From: an uncultured bacterium
GTDB taxonomy: Bacteria; Pseudomonadota; Gammaproteobacteria; Burkholderiales; JACQAP01
Assembly (NCBI GenBank): GCA_965233135.1
Contig: CBDDRM010000185.1
Span: forward strand, 9,290 to 73,289
DNA length: 64,000 bases
Direction of reading: 5' to 3'
The notes under the pieces were generated by a model, which worked only from the letters and a program-made list of their open reading frames with translations, made no database searches and was not told the DNA's origin. Below are positions 16,438-24,450 of the stretch, piece by piece; within the stretch, counting starts at the first letter, position 1, and every line of letters starts with the position of its first letter. The translations under genes and the position numbers were made by a program.

Positions 16438-17406
16438 ATGGCTAGAAAACCGTCCTCAGTGCCTGCGCTGGATCTGTTCAGAGGATTCGAGGCGGCGGCG
16501 CGCCACCTGAGCTTCACGCGGGCGGCGGAGGAATTATTCGTGACCCAATCCGCAATCAGCCGGCAGATCCACGCGCTCGAAGAGCGGCTGGGCGTGGAAC
16601 TTTTCTCGCGCCGCAACCGCGGTCTCGCATTGACGGATGCCGGCCAGCAGATGTATCGCGCGGCCGATAGCGCATTGCGCACCTTGCGTGAAGCGGTTGA
16701 GAACATTGCGCCGGCCCAGACGCAGAACATGCTCACCGTGACGTCGTCGGTGGCGTTTTGTTCACTGTGGTTGATCCCGCGGCTGTCCGCCTTTCGCAAA
16801 GCGCATCCGCAAGTCGACGTACGCATCGCCGCCAATAACGAAATACTCGATCTGGAGCGCGAGCGAATCGACATTGCCATCCGCTACTGTCCGGCATCGG
16901 CGGCCCCCGCCGATTCGATTTGCATGTTCGGTGAAGAGATCGTAGCGGTATGCAGCCCACAGTTGGTCAAGGACCGCACACGGCCGCTGAAATCACCTGC
17001 CGACCTTCGTCATCACACGTTGTTGCATTTCGACCATGCGCAAGGGACCAGTCCGTGGAGCATCTGGGGAGTCTGGCTGGCGAATGCCGGCTTGCCGGAA
17101 CTCAGGCCAGCCGGATCATTGCGCTTTAGCCACTACGATCAGGTCATCGGCGCTGCGCTGCAGGGGCAGGGGGTGGCTCTCGGAAGGCGCCCGCTGGTGG
17201 CCAGACTGCTGGCCGATGGCTTGCTGATCGCGCCGTTTCGTGCCGATGCGATGACGGACCGGGCTTATTTCATCGTGCATGCTTCTGCCGCGCGCAGCCG
17301 CCGCGTCGTGCAGGATTTCGTCGCGTGGTTGATCGCCGAGAGCGCAGAACTCGCGCGCATGATGCCCAGGAACAGGAAGGGCAGACCGCGGTCGAACTCG
17401 GCTTGA
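16438..17406 (+). CDS. LysR-family transcriptional regulator (GcvA-like)
   Basis: HTH FEAAARHLSFTRAAEELFVTQSAISRQIHALEERLG followed by a LysR effector-binding domain. Confidence 0.9.
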   Translation: MARKPSSVPALDLFRGFEAAARHLSFTRAAEELFVTQSAISRQIHALEERLGVELFSRRNRGLALTDAGQQMYRAADSALRTLREAVENIAPAQTQNMLTVTSSVAFCSLWLIPRLSAFRKAHPQVDVRIAANNEILDLERERIDIAIRYCPASAAPADSICMFGEEIVAVCSPQLVKDRTRPLKSPADLRHHTLLHFDHAQGTSPWSIWGVWLANAGLPELRPAGSLRFSHYDQVIGAALQGQGVALGRRPLVARLLADGLLIAPFRADAMTDRAYFIVHASAARSRRVVQDFVAWLIAESAELARMMPRNRKGRPRSNSA

Positions 17407-17499
17407 AGTGCTTCTGCATCCGCCTTTCGTTCACAGACGTATCAGACTGCGCAATTCGAGTGATTGATTGTCAACGAACCCACTGCCAGGATTGAGACA

Positions 17500-18123
17500 A
17501 TGTACAAGTTCATTCAGATTTTCAGTCTGCTGCTGCCCTTCGCTCTTTCCAACGGTGTGATGGCTGGCGAGTCCAGTCCGGTCGCCGCGACGCAATCCAA
17601 ATCCACGGCGAGCGCGATCTTCGCGGGCGGGTGCTTCTGGTGCGTGGAGGCAGATTTCGACAAATTGCCAGGTGTGTTGAGTACCGAGGCGGGTTATGCG
17701 GGCGGCGGTTCGCGCAATCCTACGTACGAACAAGTCAGCCGCGGCGGCACCGGCCATGCCGAAGTAGTACGCGTCATCTACGATCCCGCGCGGGTCAGTT
17801 ACCCGCAGTTGCTGGATTATTTCTGGCTCCACATCGATCCCACGGTCCAGGACCGGCAATTCTGCGACCAGGGCGACCAGTATCGGTCCGCCATTTTCTA
17901 CCAGGACGATGGACAGCGCCGCGCGGCCGAAGCAAGCAAGGCCGCGTTGGAGAAGCGCGCCGTGTTGCCGCGCATTTACACCGAGATCGAGCCGGCGGGC
18001 ACTTTCTATCCGGCCGAGGAGTATCACCAGGATTACTACATCAAGAATCCGGTCCGGTACAAGTTCTACCGGAGCTCCTGTGGCCGCGATGCGCGCATTC
18101 GGGAAGTCTGGGGAAAGCAATGA
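17500..18123 (+). CDS. msrA: Peptide methionine-S-sulfoxide reductase with N-terminal signal peptide
   Basis: [15 protein letters not shown] active-site region, [13 protein letters not shown] and YHQDYY. The N-terminus [23 protein letters not shown] looks like a Sec signal peptide. Confidence 0.88.
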   Translation: MYKFIQIFSLLLPFALSNGVMAGESSPVAATQSKSTASAIFAGGCFWCVEADFDKLPGVLSTEAGYAGGGSRNPTYEQVSRGGTGHAEVVRVIYDPARVSYPQLLDYFWLHIDPTVQDRQFCDQGDQYRSAIFYQDDGQRRAAEASKAALEKRAVLPRIYTEIEPAGTFYPAEEYHQDYYIKNPVRYKFYRSSCGRDARIREVWGKQ

Positions 18124-18229
18124 ACATGACGCTCTGGGCAAGGCCGGCGCGCAATCTTGAAAATCGGACAAACAGCCCCAAACTATGAACTCCGTCAGAC
18201 TTGATCGCGGAGCTCCGGTCTCCACGCAC

Positions 18230-18529
18230 ATGAAGAAACCGCCCAGCATGGCTACCAAGTTTCAAAGCAGCATCGCAAAGACCGAAGCCATCAGCGGGAC
18301 TTCGGAAGTGAAGATCATGTTCACTGACGACAGCGGTTTTTCATTTCAGGCCGCAGGAAATGACCCGCAGCCCACCGTAAACGGCGACGTTGCCTCGCTG
18401 GCGCAAGAATTCGCGTCCGGCGCGGCCAAATTCACCTTTCTCGCCGCAGGCGTGCAGATGGCTTTCAAGGACGGCAGTTCCTGCAATATGAATTTCGGCA
18501 AGCGCATCGGCGCATTGCCGTTGTCGTGA
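18230..18529 (+). CDS. Hypothetical protein
   Basis: The ORF has coding-like third-position bias and lies downstream of msrA. The start is uncertain (18185, 18230 or 18248). I recognise no family. Confidence 0.45.
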   Translation: MKKPPSMATKFQSSIAKTEAISGTSEVKIMFTDDSGFSFQAAGNDPQPTVNGDVASLAQEFASGAAKFTFLAAGVQMAFKDGSSCNMNFGKRIGALPLS

Positions 18530-18649
18530 CGGGGCCGTCCGGATAGCGCAGCCAAGCCTTCGTGAGGTTTGATCGCGCGGTTGGCGCTTGATCCAGATCG
18601 CGCAAGACTGTCGCTGCAAGGTCTCCCACGCGCGGAGCCACTGAACAAG

Positions 18650-18850
18650 CTAGTAATGCGGAGGAATCTCATCGTATGCATTGCGGGATTCCGCCGGCAG
18701 GGAAGCGCGAACCTGTTCGCGCAAGGTCAGCACATCCTTCTGCAACTGTTCGATCTGTTGCTGCTGACGATAGACCGTCTGGTTGAGCGCTTCGAGCAAT
18801 TCTTCGCTGAAGCTCAGTTTGACTTCTATTTCGGCGAGTCGGGATTCCAT
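18650..18850 (-). CDS. slyX: SlyX-family protein
   Basis: 66 aa: MESRLAEIEVKLSFSEELLEALNQTVYRQQQQIEQLQ...EIPPHY. It is colinear with E. coli SlyX, including the C-terminal PPHY. Confidence 0.8.
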   Translation of the reverse strand: MESRLAEIEVKLSFSEELLEALNQTVYRQQQQIEQLQKDVLTLREQVRASLPAESRNAYDEIPPHY

Positions 18851-19089
18851 GGGCGCTCCGGGGGGGATTGAGACGCGGCTTGAACCAATAGACGCACGTC
18901 GCCGCAGGTCACGACTTGGCCCGAGCGAATCTTGGCCGTCTTGCGGCTTTCGGCCTGCCCATCTACCGTCACGCCGCCGGCAGCCACGAGTTGCTTGCCT
19001 TGGCCGCCACTGCTCGCGAGACCGCCGAGTTTCAGCAGGTCGCACAGCCGAACGAATTCGCCCGTTAATGGAATTGTGATATTTTTCAA
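18826..19089 (-). CDS. ybcJ: S4-domain RNA-binding protein YbcJ-like
   Basis: FVRLCDLLKLGGLASSGGQGKQLVAAGGVTVDGQAESRKTAKIRSGQVV closely parallels E. coli YbcJ (VELCDLLKLEGWSESGAQAKIAIAEGQVKVDGAVETRKRCKI). Its 3' end overlaps the slyX start by 25 nt. Confidence 0.8.
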   Translation of the reverse strand: MKNITIPLTGEFVRLCDLLKLGGLASSGGQGKQLVAAGGVTVDGQAESRKTAKIRSGQVVTCGDVRLLVQAASQSPPERPWNPDSPK

Positions 19090-19212
19090 TAGATTGACGA
19101 AAACCTTACGCCGCGGCGACGTGCACCATGATAACCCGTCAACGAGGATGCCAAACTGAACGTCCGCTCTGCGCGCTCAGTGAGGTGCGCAAAGCCTGCG
19201 TCGCCCATGAGC

Positions 19213-19229
19213 CAAGACAATAAGTCTTG
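19213..19229. promoter_or_regulatory. Palindrome CAAGAC-AATAA-GTCTTG in a divergent intergenic region
   Basis: Perfect 6-bp arms located ~140 nt upstream of the winged-helix gene at 19368. It is a candidate operator only. Confidence 0.25.
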
Positions 19230-19367
19230 TCAAACAGGGCCCTAACCGGGATGGCACAGGCGCATTGCACAGGCTTTCATGGATTCATCTGTGCTTCACG
19301 CTTGCTTGAAGGTGCTCAAGAGCGCAAACTATAGGGTTCCACTCGAAACAACCCGCAGGGACACCGG

Positions 19368-19664
19368 ATGAAAGCCAACATTCTTCAATTTCTGAGAACC
19401 AACGGCGAACAACTGGACGCCGAAATTGCCAAGGCACTGCATATTTCCAAACCTCAGGTTCTGACGCATATCTCGGAGCTTTCCGCCGCCGGGGACGTGA
19501 TTTGCTGCCAGGTCACGCGCTTCCATGGCGGAAAGAAGGTCGAAGGCGTGAGTTGCCGTCTGTCTGCGTACGTGCCGCCCAAGGCGACTGGTCCCAAACC
19601 CGGTGCCAAGCGCGCAGCCGCCAATGCGAATGCAAGTGCCAACACGGAGATGAATATCGCATAA
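19368..19664 (+). CDS. Small winged-helix DNA-binding-like protein (hypothetical)
   Basis: 98 aa. The N-terminal ~60 aa (ILQFLRTNGEQLDAEIAKALHISKPQVLTHISELSAAGDV) resemble a wHTH fold. The tail is basic and low-complexity. It is followed by a strong terminator. Confidence 0.55.
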   Translation: MKANILQFLRTNGEQLDAEIAKALHISKPQVLTHISELSAAGDVICCQVTRFHGGKKVEGVSCRLSAYVPPKATGPKPGAKRAAANANASANTEMNIA

Positions 19665-19703
19665 GTGCGACTACGACGAGCGAGTCGCAGCCTCCGATGA
19701 AAA

Positions 19704-19737
19704 AACGCCTCGATGTTGCCACATCGGGGCGTTTTTC
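19704..19737 (+). terminator. Rho-independent terminator
   Basis: 12-bp stem AACGCCTCGATG / CATCGGGGCGTT (one G-U pair), a 6-nt loop, then TTTTT. Confidence 0.8.
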
Positions 19738-19890
19738 TTGCCCGTTCGCTGCGTTCAGAGCGGGATCTCGGCAGGTCCAGCCCGCCCTATGACGAATGAT
19801 TTCCCTGTAGATTGATTGGATTGATCCGGGATAGAGTTCGCTGATGGCTCGGCAAGTGTTGCCGGGCCAGAGTCGAGGGAAAAGCACAAC

Positions 19891-21372
19891 ATGAAACGGA
19901 TCTTCGGCGCCGGATTGAGCGCCATATTGATTGCCGCTGTCGCGTATCCTGCCGGCGCGTGGTTTATCGGTCGCGAAGTTGAAGCCGCGCTTGACGCGCC
20001 CTACCGCCAACTGGCGGCCCTCCCCTATCTGAAAGTCGTTGCACGGGAGTTCCGGCGCGGGGTGTTCACTTCGCAAGTGACCGTGAGACTGGAGTTGTTT
20101 GGCGAACTTTCCAGATTCATCGAGCAGACGCATAGGCAAAAAGCTGCAGATACCGCGCCGCCTGCATTGCTCAAGCCGTTGCAATTGACGATCAACTCCC
20201 GCGTCCGGCATGGGCCCTTGCCCGATGGACGCACCTTTGCCGCGGCGATCGTCGATAGTGAACTGGAAGTTGAGGAGCGCTTCATGCCCTTGCTTGCCAG
20301 CGCACTCGGCGAGCTCAAGCTGTTGAGCGTGCGCACGGTCTATCGTTTCGACGGAAGTGGCGAATCGAAGTTTTCGAGCCCGCCCCTCGCATTCAGTGTG
20401 CCAGGTGAGTCGCCGGCTGCGAGCGCTCGATTGTCGTGGGATGGTTTCCAGGCGACCCTGCAATTCAGCCCGGATTTTGCCGGTTATCGCCTCGCGGCCG
20501 AAGCGCCGAAACTCGAAATCCTGGGTGAAGGCGTGCGCATGCTGATGACCGGCTTGCGCGTCGATACGCAAAGCAAACGCATCCTTCCGGACGAGCCGCT
20601 GTTATACGCTGGCAAGCAGGTCATTACGGTTGCGCAAGCGGCACTGGATGCGCCTGGCCTGCCCAACCGCCCGATCGTGCTGAAGCAACTCAGCTACGAC
20701 GTGCATGTTCCGGTCGACGGGGAATTCATCGACATCACCGCCAGGATCGCCGTGCAGGACATCCTCGTTGGACAAAGCAACTTCGGACCGGCGCATTACG
20801 ATCTTTCCTTCAAACACCTGCACGTCCGCACGGTCGCGCAACTGCAGCGCGCACTGATGCAAATCTATGCAGATCCGATGGCAATTGCACCAGCGACGCG
20901 TGCCGCCGACGCGTTCGGGCATCTGGCAAAACCCGCCCTTAAACTGCTGGAATTCAATCCACAGATCAGCCTTGATCGCGTGAGCTTCCATAGTCCCTAC
21001 GGCGAAGTGGTGATCGCTGCCCAAGCCAGGCTGCTGGATGCCGGGCCGCAGGATTTTGAGCAGCCGGCTCAGTTGATGGCCAAGCTGGAGGCGAGCGCCA
21101 GCGTCACCCTTCCCGAAGTGTTGTTGGCGGCGCAGTGGGGCAGGAGCCCCGCGGCGGCCGACGCCGTACAGGGGCAGATCGCCGCGCTCATCGAGCAAGG
21201 CTATATTCGGCGCGAGGGCGCGATGATCAAGTCATCGATCGCTTTCAGCGGCGGTCAACTCACGGTCAATGAGAAGCCGTTCGATCCGCGTGTTCTGCAA
21301 GCGCGACCAGCGGAGCCTCCATCGACCCTGCAGAATCGTCCTGGCGTGAGCCGACCGTTGTACGTGCGGTAA
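19891..21372 (+). CDS. YdgA-like (DUF945) envelope protein
   Basis: 493 aa. The N-terminal anchor MKRIFGAGLSAILIAAVAYPAGAWFIGREVE and overall length match the YdgA/DUF945 family as I recall it. Confidence 0.75.
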   Translation: MKRIFGAGLSAILIAAVAYPAGAWFIGREVEAALDAPYRQLAALPYLKVVAREFRRGVFTSQVTVRLELFGELSRFIEQTHRQKAADTAPPALLKPLQLTINSRVRHGPLPDGRTFAAAIVDSELEVEERFMPLLASALGELKLLSVRTVYRFDGSGESKFSSPPLAFSVPGESPAASARLSWDGFQATLQFSPDFAGYRLAAEAPKLEILGEGVRMLMTGLRVDTQSKRILPDEPLLYAGKQVITVAQAALDAPGLPNRPIVLKQLSYDVHVPVDGEFIDITARIAVQDILVGQSNFGPAHYDLSFKHLHVRTVAQLQRALMQIYADPMAIAPATRAADAFGHLAKPALKLLEFNPQISLDRVSFHSPYGEVVIAAQARLLDAGPQDFEQPAQLMAKLEASASVTLPEVLLAAQWGRSPAAADAVQGQIAALIEQGYIRREGAMIKSSIAFSGGQLTVNEKPFDPRVLQARPAEPPSTLQNRPGVSRPLYVR

Positions 21373-21427
21373 CGCCTGGCTTTTGTTGCAAGCGCGCGCG
21401 GTGAAGGCGCTAGCGGTCCCAAAGCAA

Positions 21428-21450
21428 CGCGGGCACCCGTGGTGCCCGCG
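21428..21450 (-). terminator. Hairpin between convergent genes (terminator candidate)
   Basis: Perfect 10-bp stem CGCGGGCACC / GGTGCCCGCG with a 3-nt centre. The minus-strand downstream sequence is TTGCTTTGGG. Confidence 0.5.
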
Positions 21451-21478
21451 TGAAACCAAAACGCGATGTTGTGGCGAA

Positions 21479-22426
21479 CTACTGCAACTGCTGAATGCCC
21501 GCCAGCAGCCAACCACTGCGGCCATTCACCGGCTTGGCGAGATTCCATACCTCTGCAAAAGGCGCCGGGTCGCCGCCATCTTCGCGCAGCGTGCCGGTAA
21601 AACGCACGCTGGCAAGATATTCAGTCGGCGTAGTCTCGATACCCAGCAGCGTGGCATCGAGCTGCTCGATGTCGGTCTTGTCGATGGTGCCGGCGCTCTC
21701 GTCTTTCTGCATTTTCATTTCCGCGAACACTTCCGGCGTTGTGAAGCTGCGGATGTCGTTGAAATCCTTGGCGTCCCATGCAGCCTGCAGGCGCGTGAAA
21801 TAAACCTTCGCATTGCGCAGAAACGCCACATCGTCGAAGTCGGCGGGCACGTTCCAGGTGGACACGGCGGCTGGCGTTGCGCTCGAAGCTGCCCGCAATG
21901 GCTCGCCATAGATATTCGTGGACGAGCCGGAGCCCGCGGCGTACGGCGCCGAAGATTGCACAACCGGACTGGGCTGCTGGCGGAAAATACCCGGAGCGCG
22001 ATCGGGTGTCACCCTGCCGCGGGCGGCGATTACCCGCCAGAGCACCACCCCGGCGAGGACGAGCAATCCGATCATGAGCACGCTGCCCAACGCCGAGGCA
22101 AAGGGACCCATCAATCCGAAATGTGACAGCAGGGCCGAAATACCCAATCCAGCCGCCAGGCCACCGAGCGCGCCCATCCAGCGGTTGCCGGCGGGTTGTG
22201 GGGCCGCGGCGGGCGCAGGAGCGGGCGTTGCTGCCGCGCCTTGGCTGGGTTGCTGCGGCGGCGTGGCCTGCCGGTTAACGTTCTGTGACTGGCGCCCAAA
22301 GCTTTTGCCACCCCCGAGGCGGCGCGCCTCGGCATCTTGCATGAACAGCGTGAACCCCAGCAGGACGACCAGCACGGACGCAGCGCTCGCAAAGGTTTTA
22401 TGCCAAACGTTCAAAATAGAGGTCAT
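21479..22426 (-). CDS. Tim44-like domain membrane protein
   Basis: N-terminal TM followed by AEARRLGGGKSFGRQ, a P/A/Q-rich linker, a second TM, and a C-terminal Tim44-like domain (FDDVAFLRNAKVYFTRLQAAWDAKDFNDIRSFTTPEVF...GWLLAGIQQ). The start is taken at MTSILNVW. Confidence 0.78.
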   Translation of the reverse strand: MTSILNVWHKTFASAASVLVVLLGFTLFMQDAEARRLGGGKSFGRQSQNVNRQATPPQQPSQGAAATPAPAPAAAPQPAGNRWMGALGGLAAGLGISALLSHFGLMGPFASALGSVLMIGLLVLAGVVLWRVIAARGRVTPDRAPGIFRQQPSPVVQSSAPYAAGSGSSTNIYGEPLRAASSATPAAVSTWNVPADFDDVAFLRNAKVYFTRLQAAWDAKDFNDIRSFTTPEVFAEMKMQKDESAGTIDKTDIEQLDATLLGIETTPTEYLASVRFTGTLREDGGDPAPFAEVWNLAKPVNGRSGWLLAGIQQLQ

Positions 22427-22664
22427 AACGGGATTGGAAGTTGTAAACAAAAAGCATTCTAACCGACGATTCAAATATGGGGGCGGGGCAGTGCCGGTTC
22501 AAGTCTGGCAGCGCAAGTCGTCGTAGCCTTTTCGATGATACATGGCAAACCGGTTGTCCCAACACAACATGCAATCGCCATCGATGCTTATAGACAAATT
22601 GCCGCTGCGTGTTCAACAGCAGCGCTTGCAGCCTGCAAAGCGCGCGCAGCAATCGGACGATATT

Positions 22665-23234
22665 TCAATGATTGCGGCGGCGCCAGGCGGGCATACCGAA
22701 GCCAATTGCCGCGCCCACGGCAAGCGCAATAGCGCTTACCGAGACCGGGCGGCTGCGCGCAATGGACTGCATGCCCGCGCCCGCCCGACGAAGCTGCGTA
22801 CCGGCCCCGCCGGCGAATTCACTGGCCGTGGCCATGGTGCCGGCGGTAGCTCCGGCAACTTTATCCCGCGCCGTGCCAGCGCTTCGCGATAGCAAGCGAC
22901 GGGTGTCGTGCAGTTTCTCGCGAGCGCCATTCAGGGCGCGCGAGAGCCGTGCGGGCGAGCCTGTGCTGTAAGAATAGCGCGTGGTGAAGCGCCGACGTGC
23001 CGCAAATAGTATTCCAATCACGCCAGCGCCGGCGATGGCTGCAGGCACGGGATAGCGGCGGACGAGTTCTCCGGCCTTGAGTACATAGCGGCCGGCCTCA
23101 TAGCGGGACAGGGTGTCGATGCCGTCGCGAATCAACTCTCGCGGCGCCAAACGGTGCTCGAGCTCGCCCAGAGTATTGTCCAGGCGCGCCCTGATGCGAT
23201 TGATTTCGGCTTCGATCTGTGCAGCAGTTCTCAT
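22665..23234 (-). CDS. DUF3618-like membrane-anchored protein
   Basis: N-terminal helix MRTAAQIEAEINRIRARLDNTLGELEHRL is typical of DUF3618. It has central and C-terminal hydrophobic segments and lies 10 nt downstream of the YqjE-like gene. Confidence 0.68.
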   Translation of the reverse strand: MRTAAQIEAEINRIRARLDNTLGELEHRLAPRELIRDGIDTLSRYEAGRYVLKAGELVRRYPVPAAIAGAGVIGILFAARRRFTTRYSYSTGSPARLSRALNGAREKLHDTRRLLSRSAGTARDKVAGATAGTMATASEFAGGAGTQLRRAGAGMQSIARSRPVSVSAIALAVGAAIGFGMPAWRRRNH

Positions 23235-23244
23235 GGAAATTCCC

Positions 23245-23661
23245 TCACTTGATGTGGTCTTTCACGACTTCGGCGTCGCGCTGCAGCGCCCGGACCGTAC
23301 GCGACGATTTCAGATTCCCGGCCTGGAGCTTTTTGCGTCCGGCAGATAGCAGCAACCAGCCTGCAAGCAATACGAGCGCGCCGACCAGCAACGGGGACAA
23401 CCATGGGGCTTGCGCTTCCGGCAAGACTGTCGCCACCAACGCAACGATGCCCAGCAGCACGAGCAAAACGCCTGCGAAAAGTACTGCACCGCCGATTGCC
23501 AGCGCGCCAATACCGCTGCCAACCTCGGAGATCTTTTCGGACAACTCCGCTTTCGCGAGTTCCGCTTCATCGCGCAGCAAGTTTGCGGATTGGCGCCACA
23601 AATCGGAAACGAGCCCGAGCAACGGGCGTCGGGTATATCGGCTATTCGACAAAGTTTCCAT
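23245..23661 (-). CDS. YqjE-like / 'phage holin family' (DUF1469) inner-membrane protein
   Basis: 138 aa: an amphipathic N-terminal helix (LLRDEAELAKAELSEKI), two long TM helices and a basic C-terminus. Confidence 0.68.
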   Translation of the reverse strand: METLSNSRYTRRPLLGLVSDLWRQSANLLRDEAELAKAELSEKISEVGSGIGALAIGGAVLFAGVLLVLLGIVALVATVLPEAQAPWLSPLLVGALVLLAGWLLLSAGRKKLQAGNLKSSRTVRALQRDAEVVKDHIK

Positions 23662-23974
23662 TGGCGCACTCCTTTCAATCAGTGAATGGGCGACCGCGCC
23701 ACAGCCTGCAAGCCAGGTCGCAAGTCAGACAAAAGGCAATATGCGTGCCGAACCGACTCATGAGACATGACACAACCAGCCTGGTTCTTGCACGCCGAGC
23801 GCACAGGCATTATCCATATCGGACCAATGGCTTACGCGAAACCCACCTCCGCACAACGCGTCCGAGCGCCGCCCTGGCGTGCCGTCCATCAATACAATAG
23901 TTTGTAATTTTTGCGCTGCCTGAAGGGCGCGCGAACTCCTCCCCGCAGGCGGTCGTCGGCTGGCGAGGGGTGTG

Positions 23975-24280
23975 TCAAAGCTTGCGAATGCGCTGCGCAC
24001 GCACAACGATTTCCTGCTGCTCGAAGCGCTTCTCCAGGGCGGTTCGGTACTGCCGCCACCATTCTGGATCGAGCGAATCGGTCATGACCTCACAGACCAC
24101 GATATCGTCGCGCGCAGTCTTACCGCGTCCATCTTTCCAAAGGCCGGTCGCTGGTGCCCTCGTGTACAGCGTCACCCCTCCGAAGCGTTCGCCGAGTTCG
24201 CGGGCGACGAGATCGAGGGCCTCGCGTTGCAATCGAAAAGTCCCGACATGGACGGGCAGCAGCAGTTGCACGAGAACCAT
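23975..24280 (-). CDS. Conserved hypothetical protein (101 aa)
   Basis: Third-position G/C is high in this frame, unlike the overlapping plus-strand ORF. The product is MVLVQLLLPVH...RFGGVTLYTRAPATGLWKDG...DDIVVCEVM. I cannot name a family. Confidence 0.6.
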   Translation of the reverse strand: MVLVQLLLPVHVGTFRLQREALDLVARELGERFGGVTLYTRAPATGLWKDGRGKTARDDIVVCEVMTDSLDPEWWRQYRTALEKRFEQQEIVVRAQRIRKL

Positions 24281-24450
24281 GCATGCTCAGATTACGCCAC
24301 GGCGAGCTTGGTTCACCAGGGTACCTGCGCTGCGAACATAGCCCTACGGTATTTTCAAGTTGTCGCCACGCCCCGCGCGGCCCATTGCCGGCACTGAACT
24401 CAAACGCGCAGCGCTGGCCAAACAAAACACAGCAAATCCAGGACTGGACA

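Noticed and set aside
22493-22509. tRNA T-arm-like sequence GCCGG-TTCAAGT-CTGGC in the intergenic region upstream of the Tim44-like gene.
   Set aside because: - No complementary acceptor stem, D-arm or anticodon arm can be found at appropriate distances.
- The flanks do not match tmRNA either.
- On the coding (minus) strand it contains a TTGAAC -35-like hexamer, which is the simpler explanation.
23403-24006. ORFs in the 310-bp gap upstream of the YqjE-like gene (23403-23900(+), 23410-23685(+), 23758-24006(-)). I also searched here for a YqjD/DUF883-like gene.
   Set aside because: The translations are Arg/Pro/Ser-rich with no TM segment or DUF883-like helix, and there is no SD. The region is more likely a promoter or leader for the 23661 gene.
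23972-24397. 141-aa plus-strand ORF overlapping the 101-aa minus-strand ORF.
   Set aside because: Third-position G/C and amino-acid composition favour the minus-strand frame. The plus-strand product has no recognisable features and would collide with the phosphatase promoter region.
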